From: a virus
Lineage: Duplodnaviria > Caudoviricetes
Direction: 5' to 3' (one strand)
IMG/VR virus record: IMGVR_UViG_3300028797_000143
Coordinates: 24,862-88,861 of that record
Length of the DNA: 64,000 nucleotides
A program made the position numbers and the translations under genes. The notes beneath the pieces were generated by a model. The model saw nothing but the letters and a program-made list of their open reading frames with translations, ran no database searches and had not been told where the DNA came from. Below, piece by piece: positions 56,541 to 64,000 of this stretch; the stretch's first letter is position 1; each line of letters begins with the position of its first letter.

Positions 56541-56587
56541 TTTTAACTATAAATATTTGTGTGAATCAAAAATAAGTAGTACCTTTG
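56541..56587 (+). promoter_or_regulatory. extended phage promoter, copy 9
   Basis: TTTTAACTA-N6-TTTG-N20-TACCTTTG. Confidence 0.8.
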
Positions 56588-56638
56588 CATATAGGGAAGA
56601 AAGAACCCTTAGTAATAACCAATTAAACAGTAAGAACA

Positions 56639-57037
56639 ATGAATTGCAAGAAACTAATCCTCTTCTACGGGCTGACAGCCCCGATGATTGGAATCAGAGA
56701 ACATCACTACGATTGGAAGGAAGGCGACGAGCTTGACTTCAGACGCGCCAAGACAGAGGTCTACGCAGTGTTCGACGTGACACATGAGAACATGCTTAAG
56801 ATGTACGATATGTTCAAGGAGCTGAATACTCCGACAAGCATGAAGGGTTTGAGATGCTACCTTGATTGCGAAGGTATCCTGGATATGCCGGAAGAATGTT
56901 CACTAAAGGATTGGCCAGAGCTTCAAGATGTACTTCCCTACATGATGTGCAACAAGGATACCAGAAAGAAGCGTCAGTGGAAGGACTACGACAGGATGCT
57001 TGACTTCATGGAAGAATGTGCAACCGAAATAGCTTAA
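56639..57037 (+). CDS. hypothetical protein
   Basis: First ORF after promoter and leader. Confidence 0.7.
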   Translation: MNCKKLILFYGLTAPMIGIREHHYDWKEGDELDFRRAKTEVYAVFDVTHENMLKMYDMFKELNTPTSMKGLRCYLDCEGILDMPEECSLKDWPELQDVLPYMMCNKDTRKKRQWKDYDRMLDFMEECATEIA

Positions 57038-57192
57038 GGATATGTTCAAGATAGAGTTCAAGAATAACGCTACAGACATCATGGAAGTCGTAGAAGTAGA
57101 GAAGAACCCCTATGCATGGGTCAATGAGAATATAGGTCGTTTCTCTCACGGGATCAGTCATGTGACAGTGAAGAGAGTAAATTAGAAAGGTT

Positions 57193-57390
57193 ATGAAACT
57201 GATAAGACTTGTAAAGACCCTCGCCAAAAGCCTTGCCGAATGCGAGCTATTCGGAAGCTATGAGGACTACCAGAAGCTCTGCGAGAGCATGAAGGAAGAG
57301 TACCAGATGCTCTTTGAAGCCGTCGAACGCGAAGCTAAGTCCATCGTGGAAGAGCGAATGAGGGAACAGGTAATAAAGTATCTACAATGA
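57193..57390 (+). CDS. hypothetical protein
   Basis: ATGA overlap. Confidence 0.55.
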   Translation: MKLIRLVKTLAKSLAECELFGSYEDYQKLCESMKEEYQMLFEAVEREAKSIVEERMREQVIKYLQ

Positions 57391-57674
57391 CAATCATCCT
57401 CAAACAAAACACCGAAGCCATCCGCGACCGCATAGAAGAGGCGGGAATCCCTCTTTGCCTTTGCGCAAAGTACAAAGACGCCTGTTGGCTTGACTACCAC
57501 GTAGGCATTACACCCTTAGTACACGGCGTAGGCTACTACGATGAAGACTTAGATGGCGTTAAGTCACAAGAAGAAGAACTTGCCCGCTATGTAAGAGAAG
57601 TCAAAGACCCCTACTACTGCAAGGACGTTGAAGAGTTTATAGAAAAAATTTTAGAAACTAAAACAAATGAATAA
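57387..57674 (+). CDS. hypothetical protein
   Basis: Operon packing. Confidence 0.65.
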   Translation: MTIILKQNTEAIRDRIEEAGIPLCLCAKYKDACWLDYHVGITPLVHGVGYYDEDLDGVKSQEEELARYVREVKDPYYCKDVEEFIEKILETKTNE

Positions 57675-57948
57675 GAAGATGAATAATGAATTAAAAGAGG
57701 CAATGCACAAAGTCACTGATGATATTTGGCAAACAGCACAAAAGTACAACGTCCAATTAGACCGCACCAATCTTGATGACTGCTTTTTGTTAGGTGTGGA
57801 ATGGCATAAGAACAACTACAAACCAAGAAAGATACAGATGGAGAATCTAAAATATATTTGTACTCATCCAGACCTTATTGACAAACAAAATATACAAATT
57901 CTTCAATCCCTCTATGACGACCTCCAAAGAAACTTTATAATGACTTAA
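57667..57948 (+). CDS. hypothetical protein
   Basis: Operon packing. Confidence 0.55.
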   Translation: MNKKMNNELKEAMHKVTDDIWQTAQKYNVQLDRTNLDDCFLLGVEWHKNNYKPRKIQMENLKYICTHPDLIDKQNIQILQSLYDDLQRNFIMT

Positions 57949-57969
57949 AGAAACTAAAAGAATAAAATT

Positions 57970-58148
57970 ATGGAAGCACCAGAGAAACTATATCTTTCAC
58001 CAACTTCTTTTAAGCCTTTGCAAAATCTATCACAACAAAAGAAGATGGTGACATTGAGTACATCCGCGCAGATGCCTTTGTCGAGAAAGCGTGTGAGTGG
58101 TTGAGAGAACACATTCAAAGGCAAAGTGGTATTAACGGCAAAGGTTAA
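57970..58148 (+). pseudogene. frameshifted remnant of a MEAPEK...DIEYIRADAFVEKACEWL-type small gene
   Basis: N-terminus MEAPEKLYL and C-terminal EKACEWLREH lie in different frames; similar motif in 18613-18927. Confidence 0.45.
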
Positions 58149-58159
58149 GGAGGACTAAG

Positions 58160-58345
58160 ATGAGATACGATTTGGTACAGTATGGCTGTGATGAATGCGG
58201 GAAACTTTCTCCAGTCATGGATTGTGATGAAAGATTACCTAAAGGATGGGTAATTAGAGAAGATAGACACAACGGACACTACTGCCCTGAATGTGCAAAG
58301 AGACATTTAAACGATTTACAAAATGATAATATTAAGGAGGACTGA
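58160..58345 (+). CDS. small zinc-finger protein
   Basis: CDECG...LPKGW...HYCPEC. Confidence 0.65.
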   Translation: MRYDLVQYGCDECGKLSPVMDCDERLPKGWVIREDRHNGHYCPECAKRHLNDLQNDNIKED

Positions 58346-58348
58346 CGT

Positions 58349-58909
58349 ATGAAAGAAATTGAAATTTTCATCCAGGAATGGAACATCAAGGACTACGACG
58401 GACGCAGAGAAAAGTCGATGATGTCCGAGGGTACTATCAACGGCGAGCACGTCTATGCTTGCAAACGGCTGACGACGTGGTTCCGATTGGGCAAGTACCT
58501 CATTAAGCACGACGTGGCAAACTATCTGCTTGGGCTAACCGAGTTGATGAGCCGCCATGAGTTTCATGACAACGTGAAGTGGTGGGACTGGAAAAAGGAA
58601 ACCAACACGAGCAAGAACGTCAACTGTGTTGATGAGATTGTCAAGTACGTCAATATGTTCTACGAAGGCGATGAATACGTCAAGACGCTGCTCGACCTAC
58701 AAGACAAGCTGATAGGCTACGAGAAGTGCCTATATATCAGCCAATGCTACCGCCTGCGTTTTGATTATCGGTTGTTCTTGAATGACCGCGACGCTTATCA
58801 GAAGCGGCTGATGGACTACGTTCAGGCAGAGCATGAGCGGGAACTGAAAAGCAAGTACCCCGCGGTTTTCACTAATCCGCAAGTAATATCAAAACCAATA
58901 GACAATTAA
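58349..58909 (+). CDS. hypothetical protein
   Basis: ORF with coupled junction. Confidence 0.7.
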   Translation: MKEIEIFIQEWNIKDYDGRREKSMMSEGTINGEHVYACKRLTTWFRLGKYLIKHDVANYLLGLTELMSRHEFHDNVKWWDWKKETNTSKNVNCVDEIVKYVNMFYEGDEYVKTLLDLQDKLIGYEKCLYISQCYRLRFDYRLFLNDRDAYQKRLMDYVQAEHERELKSKYPAVFTNPQVISKPIDN

Positions 58910-58925
58910 AACGGAGGAATAGACG

Positions 58926-59126
58926 ATGAAAGCGAAACATCGAGCAAAGCGAATTTCTGCAGGACATTACATCTACCGAGGTTTTGAGATACAAAGCGTT
59001 GGGTATTACCACCCAGAGCATTGTACATGTTGGGAAGCTGTAGATAGTGACGGCTGTGGGTTTGCTCATGGATTCTCATTGGCAATGACGAAAAGGTTGA
59101 TAGATTACGAATTAGATAAGGACTGA
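58926..59126 (+). CDS. hypothetical protein
   Basis: ORF. Confidence 0.6.
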   Translation: MKAKHRAKRISAGHYIYRGFEIQSVGYYHPEHCTCWEAVDSDGCGFAHGFSLAMTKRLIDYELDKD

Positions 59127-59272
59127 CTGACGATGACAGACCAAGAATTTACAGTACGCAAGCGGATATGCACGGCGGCGGATGGCTATCAGTTCATCAC
59201 GTTTGAGCGTTCCCGACAAACGGGAAGCGGCGTAAGCCAAAGGGCATGATATAAATAAAAGGTTTGAAAGAT

Positions 59273-59938
59273 ATGGCAAGAACAGAAATTTACGTCATCA
59301 ATAAGGACAAGAAGTTCGATGACAAGTATTACGAGGTAAGTGGCGCAATGAGAGGCGCATGGCACATTTGGTCGGAGATAGAAAAGAAGTATCTGCCGTC
59401 GGTGCCAATCACGGAAGATAATAAATATTTCTTCCACAGTTACGAACCAGGAAGGTATCGCAGCCGATTGGGACTGGCGATGCTGTCGTTCCTGCATCCC
59501 GAGAAGAAGGAAGACCCATGCAAGGAGATATGGGCTTTGGCATGGGCGAAGGGTACGGAATGGAATGACCGCATACTCTTGGAGATGAACAACGACAAGG
59601 CATACATCGCCTACGACGATTTGCACGAGGTGGCAGAGGCATTACGCAACAGCGAGTTTGTCAACGACAATATGAAGGGACAGGCTGACGTGCTCGACAA
59701 GATTCACGACGAAAATGTGAATGGCGAGGTGTTCGGTGTATGGATTAACGCTACGAGCGTCAACTGCGCCGAGGACTTTATGGATTGCGTCCGCGACGAG
59801 AATGGCGAGACCATAGAGCGTCGCTTGCATCCAGAGGCTTATGACATTATGGAGTTCCTGCGCAAGATGAAGGAACTCGATTGGGATTTTGAAGCGTATA
59901 AGGAGTGGGCTAATTCGCAGAACGACGATGCCGCATAA
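59273..59938 (+). CDS. hypothetical protein
   Basis: Long ORF. Confidence 0.7.
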   Translation: MARTEIYVINKDKKFDDKYYEVSGAMRGAWHIWSEIEKKYLPSVPITEDNKYFFHSYEPGRYRSRLGLAMLSFLHPEKKEDPCKEIWALAWAKGTEWNDRILLEMNNDKAYIAYDDLHEVAEALRNSEFVNDNMKGQADVLDKIHDENVNGEVFGVWINATSVNCAEDFMDCVRDENGETIERRLHPEAYDIMEFLRKMKELDWDFEAYKEWANSQNDDAA

Positions 59939-60110
59939 GATTGCACTTAACGGATTCGGAAGGCTGGGTAGGCTTGCGCTGATTGCGGTGATCAGGAACG
60001 GTTCGGTGTATATCGAGCAGTGGCAGGACCGCGACCACTTCCCGGACATCGCGGAGGGGTCGGTGTTCCCCGTGTGGGTTCGAGTAGAGAAAATTAACGA
60101 AAGGGTTTGA
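59928..60110 (+). CDS. small hypothetical protein
   Basis: MPHKIALNGFGRLGRL start; overlap with previous gene. Confidence 0.4.
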   Translation: MPHKIALNGFGRLGRLALIAVIRNGSVYIEQWQDRDHFPDIAEGSVFPVWVRVEKINERV

Positions 60111-60150
60111 AAGATATGAAGGAAAAGGAACTTAATTTGGAGGACTTAAT

Positions 60151-60717
60151 ATGAATGATTCAGCAACAGCAGTCATCAACGATGGCACAATGATTGAGAA
60201 GTTTGATCCATCGAAACTGATGGACGGAGTGAAGGACAGAATCAAATCGACGTTTGTCAGTTTGATACCCGACGATGCTTGGGAGAAGATGGTGGAGAAA
60301 GAAATCTACGTCTTCACGACGGGCAGAATCAATGTCGTTCAAGAGACTGATTGGAGCAAGACCGACGAGAACGGAAACCACCCGATTATCATCAAGGAGG
60401 TGCGCACACCGTATTCGCAGCGACCGCTCAAAGACCAATGGAACCGCGAGACTGGCGAGGATGATATTTCGCCATTGCAGAAGATGATGCGCACGGCACT
60501 GCGTGAGAAATTCCAAAAGGACGTGTCCGCTTTCCTCGACAGCGAGGAGTACAAGACTTTCTTCGATGAGAACGGCCACGAGCGCATCAAGCAGACGTTG
60601 GAAGACATTCTCGTGAAGAATGCCGACACCATCTTTGTGAACATCATCGCTGGCATGATGCAAAGGGGTATCGAACAGATGCGGTACAATATCCAAAGTC
60701 AAGGCGTGAACTATTAA
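60151..60717 (+). CDS. hypothetical protein
   Basis: ORF. Confidence 0.7.
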   Translation: MNDSATAVINDGTMIEKFDPSKLMDGVKDRIKSTFVSLIPDDAWEKMVEKEIYVFTTGRINVVQETDWSKTDENGNHPIIIKEVRTPYSQRPLKDQWNRETGEDDISPLQKMMRTALREKFQKDVSAFLDSEEYKTFFDENGHERIKQTLEDILVKNADTIFVNIIAGMMQRGIEQMRYNIQSQGVNY

Positions 60718-60727
60718 TCGAGCGAAT

Positions 60728-60988
60728 ATGATACCACCGATTAACTGCCCGTATAAGGGACTGACTGCGCCGCCGTGCTGGTCGTGTACGCATCACATGC
60801 CTGACACCGACCAATGCGCTTTGGCTTGTATTACCGTGCAAACGGCTGGGCATACTGGATTGAATGCTAATGCTGCTCAGACTTACGAGGAGCGAATGCG
60901 TGACTATGAAAAGCGTCGGCAGGAACTTCTGCAACTATCGAAGGAAGCGTTGGTGGACTTGATTATCCATCGGCCAACGTATTACTAA
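60728..60988 (+). CDS. small Cys-rich protein
   Basis: NCPY...CWSC...QC. Confidence 0.55.
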   Translation: MIPPINCPYKGLTAPPCWSCTHHMPDTDQCALACITVQTAGHTGLNANAAQTYEERMRDYEKRRQELLQLSKEALVDLIIHRPTYY

Positions 60989-60993
60989 CAATC

Positions 60994-61028
60994 AAAAAGA
61001 GGAGCCGTAAATGACTCCTCTTTCTTTT
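60994..61028. terminator. bidirectional terminator between convergent operons
   Basis: AAAAAGAGGAG...CTCCTCTTTCTTTT. Confidence 0.75.
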
Positions 61029-61166
61029 GCACTAAGGCGAAACGGGTCGTGGTCTTACTCCAGCCCGCCATTTCCACCACCTTGACCTTCGGTCGAGCCT
61101 GCTTTCGCTCGGCATCGCTCAAACGAGTTTGGCGTGCTCTCGCTTAATCGCAGCCTTCTGTGCCTC

Positions 61167-61334
61167 TCAGACCGCCACGGCTCGCCACTGGCTGAGCTCG
61201 CGCTGGGTGTTCCTTACCCCGTCGGCCTCGCTGTAGAGGTTGGGGCAGACGCCGCGCTGGAGCATGTGGCCGGATTCCGGCTTCAGGTGACACTTCCTGC
61301 CGTCTGCGGAAACTGTGATTGTGATGTGTTCCAT
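61167..61334 (-). CDS. small hypothetical protein (55 aa, below cutoff)
   Basis: MEHITITVSADG...QWRAVAV read by hand. Confidence 0.45.
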   Translation of the reverse strand: MEHITITVSADGRKCHLKPESGHMLQRGVCPNLYSEADGVRNTQRELSQWRAVAV

Positions 61335-61339
61335 AATTG

Positions 61340-61594
61340 TTACTTTATTTCTTGTTTACAAGTTGTTGTGAATTTCATCCATTCAATATCCGATGGCTCA
61401 TTTTTGTATGTAATCCAAGGATATGTCAAAGGGTGAGGAGTATCGACAGGCCAAGGTGCGTATTGGATTGTCGGAGTGTTCTCAGTAAGTGCTTCGATTA
61501 CTGTCAGCACTTGCTCATCGTTCATCTTGCTCTCTCTGTGGAGTTCAAGAACTGCTTTGAGTGCTTCTTTCTGTTTGTCAGTCATAATTCTCAA
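61340..61594 (-). CDS. hypothetical protein
   Basis: ORF in minus-strand operon. Confidence 0.55.
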   Translation of the reverse strand: MRIMTDKQKEALKAVLELHRESKMNDEQVLTVIEALTENTPTIQYAPWPVDTPHPLTYPWITYKNEPSDIEWMKFTTTCKQEIK

Positions 61595-61666
61595 ATTCTA
61601 AAATTCTTGATAACTTTAAACTTGTAGGTTGGTAGAAGTTAACTTGAACCAACCTTTGTGTTCAGA

Positions 61667-61927
61667 CTACTCTTCCGCTGTGGGCGTTTCGTCCTCGGGT
61701 TCCATAGCCTCTAATTCGGCTATCTCGTCCTCGATGGCGTTGATGCGGTCGCGCCATGCCTGGTGCTTGGCGTGCAGCGCGTCGGGGTCGTAGGGCAGGG
61801 GCTTGCCTGCTGCCTGTGCCTCGGCATTCTTGATGGTTTTGTAATCGTCGCTGCTAAGCTGCGATTCCAGCGTGTTGCGCTCGCTGTACAGAGCATTCTT
61901 CTGCTCGATGATTTCTGATTGTGTCAT
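61667..61927 (-). CDS. small DGR-adjacent protein (L..DDYK.IK..E...WRDRIN..E)
   Basis: Coiled-coil ORF directly downstream of RT. Confidence 0.65.
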   Translation of the reverse strand: MTQSEIIEQKNALYSERNTLESQLSSDDYKTIKNAEAQAAGKPLPYDPDALHAKHQAWRDRINAIEDEIAELEAMEPEDETPTAEE

Positions 61928-63152
61928 AATGTTTTAATTTTAAGTGATACTTTATGTTTAATCTCTCGTTGATGCTGTATTGTGGCAAATAGACCAGACA
62001 CCTGCGCTGCTCGTCGTAGGACAGCCACTGCCACCATTCGGGCGACAACCTATCCTTCAGTTTCAGCAGACGCTTGTAGTCTGTGCGGCCTTTCAGCAGG
62101 CCCGAATAGGAATTGAACGACGATAGCAGGTTGTCGATGTGTGCGAATTTGTCCTCCTGCGTGTTCAGTTCTGCGATGCGCCCAATGGCGCGGTCGTAGG
62201 TTTTGTTGTTCAGGTGCAGACGATAGGTCTTGACGTGCGTACCCAGGAACTCAAAGCCGTGCTGATAGGGTTGGTCATAGAACTTCTTCTCGTTCATCCT
62301 TACACCTTTCTTCGCCAACCGCTTCCGCAGTTCGGGAAATAATGACAGCGCATAGCCGTGCAGACACTCAGGGACTATCATCGTGCCATCGTCCATAAAC
62401 AGTGTTGTGCGTATGCCGCAGTCTTCGTTCAGCCAGCGCACCTCGTCATTCAGATACAGTCCCATACCGATTTGTGAGGGCAGTCTGCCAATAGGCGTAC
62501 CGATGCCTGCAGGCTTGCCGAACAGCGATTTCTCTGGCTCGATATGCTCTGCCCAGAAGTGCTTAGGTGTGCGCAGTTCGCAATGTGCGGCTGGATTGCA
62601 GTGTACGCAAATCATGGCGAGCCATTTCAGGAACGACGGCATATCCTCGTCGAAGCGACTGATGATGTCGTCGGCGTTGTCGTCAATCACCTTGGCGAAG
62701 CAACGGTATATCTCGTCGCACAGCGCATTGGGGAAGAATCCCTTCAGGTCCCACTTGATGATGCGACAGGACTTGGTGTAACATTCAGTCACCTCGCAGA
62801 TGTCGTCTATCACCTGGTTGATGGCGGCCTGGCCGCCCATACCCTTGCGGTTGTTGAAGGTGCGTGGATGCAGGATGTCGGCGATGTATGGTGCCAGCGT
62901 GTCGCACAGCAGGTGGTCTGCTATGCGTCCGCTAAAGGATGTGGCGAATATTTCCCGCCACTTGGGTACGGAGGTAAGGAAGGCATAGTTGTGGTCAACG
63001 CGGAAGGTTTTCTCCTGCAACTCTCGCATCATGCGCACCAGCAGCGGTGCCCAGTTGCGTTCAAAGTCGGCACAGTCGCGCCCATAGCGTTTGTTGCGCC
63101 GGGCTTCGACCATCGTGTCGTATAGCAAAGAGAAAATCCTTTCTTCAGTCAT
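61854..63152 (-). CDS. DGR reverse transcriptase
   Basis: REIFAT..GRIADH, NNRKGMG, DLKGFFP, GTPIGRLPSQ, FMDD, FLG; start moved to MTEERIF because the upstream poly-Asn stretch is the TR. Confidence 0.92.
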   Translation of the reverse strand: MTEERIFSLLYDTMVEARRNKRYGRDCADFERNWAPLLVRMMRELQEKTFRVDHNYAFLTSVPKWREIFATSFSGRIADHLLCDTLAPYIADILHPRTFNNRKGMGGQAAINQVIDDICEVTECYTKSCRIIKWDLKGFFPNALCDEIYRCFAKVIDDNADDIISRFDEDMPSFLKWLAMICVHCNPAAHCELRTPKHFWAEHIEPEKSLFGKPAGIGTPIGRLPSQIGMGLYLNDEVRWLNEDCGIRTTLFMDDGTMIVPECLHGYALSLFPELRKRLAKKGVRMNEKKFYDQPYQHGFEFLGTHVKTYRLHLNNKTYDRAIGRIAELNTQEDKFAHIDNLLSSFNSYSGLLKGRTDYKRLLKLKDRLSPEWWQWLSYDEQRRCLVYLPQYSINERLNIKYHLKLKHYDTIRNHRAEECSVQRAQHAGIAA

Positions 63153-63174
63153 ATAAGCGTATTTTCTTCGTTTC

Positions 63175-63305
63175 AGTAATTTCGAGACCGCCCCCACCTG
63201 ATTCGCGTTGTTCACGTTGTTGTTGTTGAGGTTACGGTTCGTACCGTTGAAATTCCAAGCGTTGTTCACGTTGTACCTCTCGGCAAACCATCGGTTCGAG
63301 GCAGT
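63175..63305 (-). ncRNA. DGR template repeat (TR)
   Basis: AAC-rich repeat between avd and RT; 63244-63183 aligns with VR 64000-63939; 5' boundary approximate. Confidence 0.9.
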
Positions 63306-63355
63306 TAGGACGTGTTAGTGGAAATACTATGAATGATAGTAACGTCCCCTTTTAC

Positions 63356-63793
63356 TTATTCGTTGCTGACGGCAGACTCTTCGGGCGTTGCGTCCGCGAC
63401 CTCCTGCCGCTCCTGACTCCTAAGCGACCGCGTGGCGTTGCGCCACTTCCTGATACCTTCCTCTATCCGTTCCAGTTGCGTAGCGATGCGCAGTTTTTCC
63501 GCGTCGGTGAACAGTCCGAACTGGATGCAAAGCTCGAAGGATGCAAGCAGTGTGCCAAATTCGCCGAACATCTGGTGGATATTAGCGAGTCGCACCTCCT
63601 GACATTCTATTGCCACCGTGAAGTGACGTATCAGGTCGTAGCACGCTCGCTTCATCTCCGCCGGCGCACCCTCTATGCGCTCTATTTTCGGCATGTGCTG
63701 AATGGCTGGGTGAAGAACGTATAGCAGATTCTTTACGTCGGCCAGTATACTGCCTTTGTCCCTCTTCGCTTTATTGCCTCTTGTTCTTGACAT
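63356..63793 (-). CDS. avd: Avd accessory variability determinant (four-helix bundle)
   Basis: Basic helical protein between VR and TR; MPKIERIEG, QLERIEEGIRKWR. Confidence 0.8.
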   Translation of the reverse strand: MSRTRGNKAKRDKGSILADVKNLLYVLHPAIQHMPKIERIEGAPAEMKRACYDLIRHFTVAIECQEVRLANIHQMFGEFGTLLASFELCIQFGLFTDAEKLRIATQLERIEEGIRKWRNATRSLRSQERQEVADATPEESAVSNE

Positions 63794-63882
63794 ATTCTTT
63801 TCGGTATTCGTCTGCCTGCTGCTCGTAGGCTGCTTGCAGGTATTCGTCGTAACTGTTGTATTTTTGCATCGCTCGTTTTCAA

Positions 63883-63916
63883 GGCTCTGTGCGGTCTTGC
63901 GACACGCACAGAGACC
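63883..63916 (-). promoter_or_regulatory. DGR target-recognition hairpin/cruciform
   Basis: CTCTGTGCG-TGTC-GCAA-GAC-CGCACAGAG just downstream of the VR stop, GCAA loop. Confidence 0.75.
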
Positions 63917-63929
63917 TATTAATTATTAA

Positions 63930-64000
63930 TTACAAAAGCGAGACCGCCCCCACCTGAAACGCGCTGCTCACGTAGCTGACGTAGAGGTAAAGGGACGTAC
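63930..64000 (-). CDS. 3' end of DGR target gene containing the variable repeat (VR) and IMH; gene continues beyond the window
   Basis: ...TSLYLYVSYVSSAFQVGAVSLL-stop; 12 substitutions at TR adenines in 62 aligned nt. Confidence 0.9.
   Translation of the reverse strand, partial: TSLYLYVSYVSSAFQVGAVSLL

Larger units (their letters stand above)
1..64000. mobile_element. temperate tailed phage genome segment (Bacteroidota host), excised/attP configuration
   Basis: Integrase, repressor, terminase, portal, capsid and tail genes; no host housekeeping block; phage genes on both sides of attP. Confidence 0.9.

Noticed and set aside
59928-60110. GAPDH fragment (KIALNGFGRLGRL)
   Set aside because: Only the first dozen residues resemble the GAPDH N-terminus and the rest does not; it cannot be supported without a search.
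1-63100. Second DGR variable repeat inside the window
   Set aside because: The GGGGCGGTCTC end motif was seen only in the TR and in the terminal VR.
61854-63152. Group II intron, retron or Abi reverse transcriptase
   Set aside because: The TR/VR pair, avd and the PIG..SQ motif identify a DGR.
63153-63269. Poly-Asn N-terminal extension of the RT in the ORF track
   Set aside because: This is the AAC-rich template repeat read in frame; the RT most likely starts at 63152.
1-64000. Stop-codon reassignment (TAG or TGA)
   Set aside because: Terminase, portal, capsid, DnaB and MetK are full length in the standard code, and TAG and TGA both end genes normally.
1-64000. CRISPR array or mini-array
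   Set aside because: No regularly spaced repeat-spacer units were seen; the repeats are dispersed promoters, leaders, iterons or arm sites.

Overview
The window is 64 kb of a large temperate tailed phage of a Bacteroidota host, probably Prevotella/Bacteroides-like, judged from the many TTTG-N19/20-TAnnTTTG promoters and the Bacteroidota-type integrase. It reads continuously across an attP-like site (3' half of a tRNA-CAT plus arm repeats), so it looks like the excised or virion form rather than an integrated prophage. Gene order: small early genes; attP and integrase; repressor/cro switch; Sak-exonuclease-SSB-NinB-helicase-NinG recombination block; initiator-DnaC-DnaB replication block; RadC and many small genes; a 10 kb methyltransferase/glycosyltransferase/ParB/PAPS-reductase (IbrAB-like) cluster running into terS-terL; accessory islands (ATP-dependent ligase, PRTase, MutS-I, KilAC antirepressor); an inverted portal-MuF cassette with a C-terminal toxin-like domain; metK; scaffold, capsid (BACON-fused), neck and tail tube genes; a tRNA-like RNA; a second antirepressor; more small genes; and a minus-strand diversity-generating retroelement (RT, TR, avd, and the 3' end of the VR at the window edge). 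The tape measure, tail tip and lysis genes are not in the window. The most unusual observation is a candidate antisense-RNA network. Two tandem promoter-plus-terminator small RNAs at 11.1-11.3 kb are complementary to a leader motif found before about nine genes and to an adjacent start codon. Two 3'-UTR elements are complementary to the translation starts of both antirepressors. All protein calls come from motif recognition by eye; no database searches were run.
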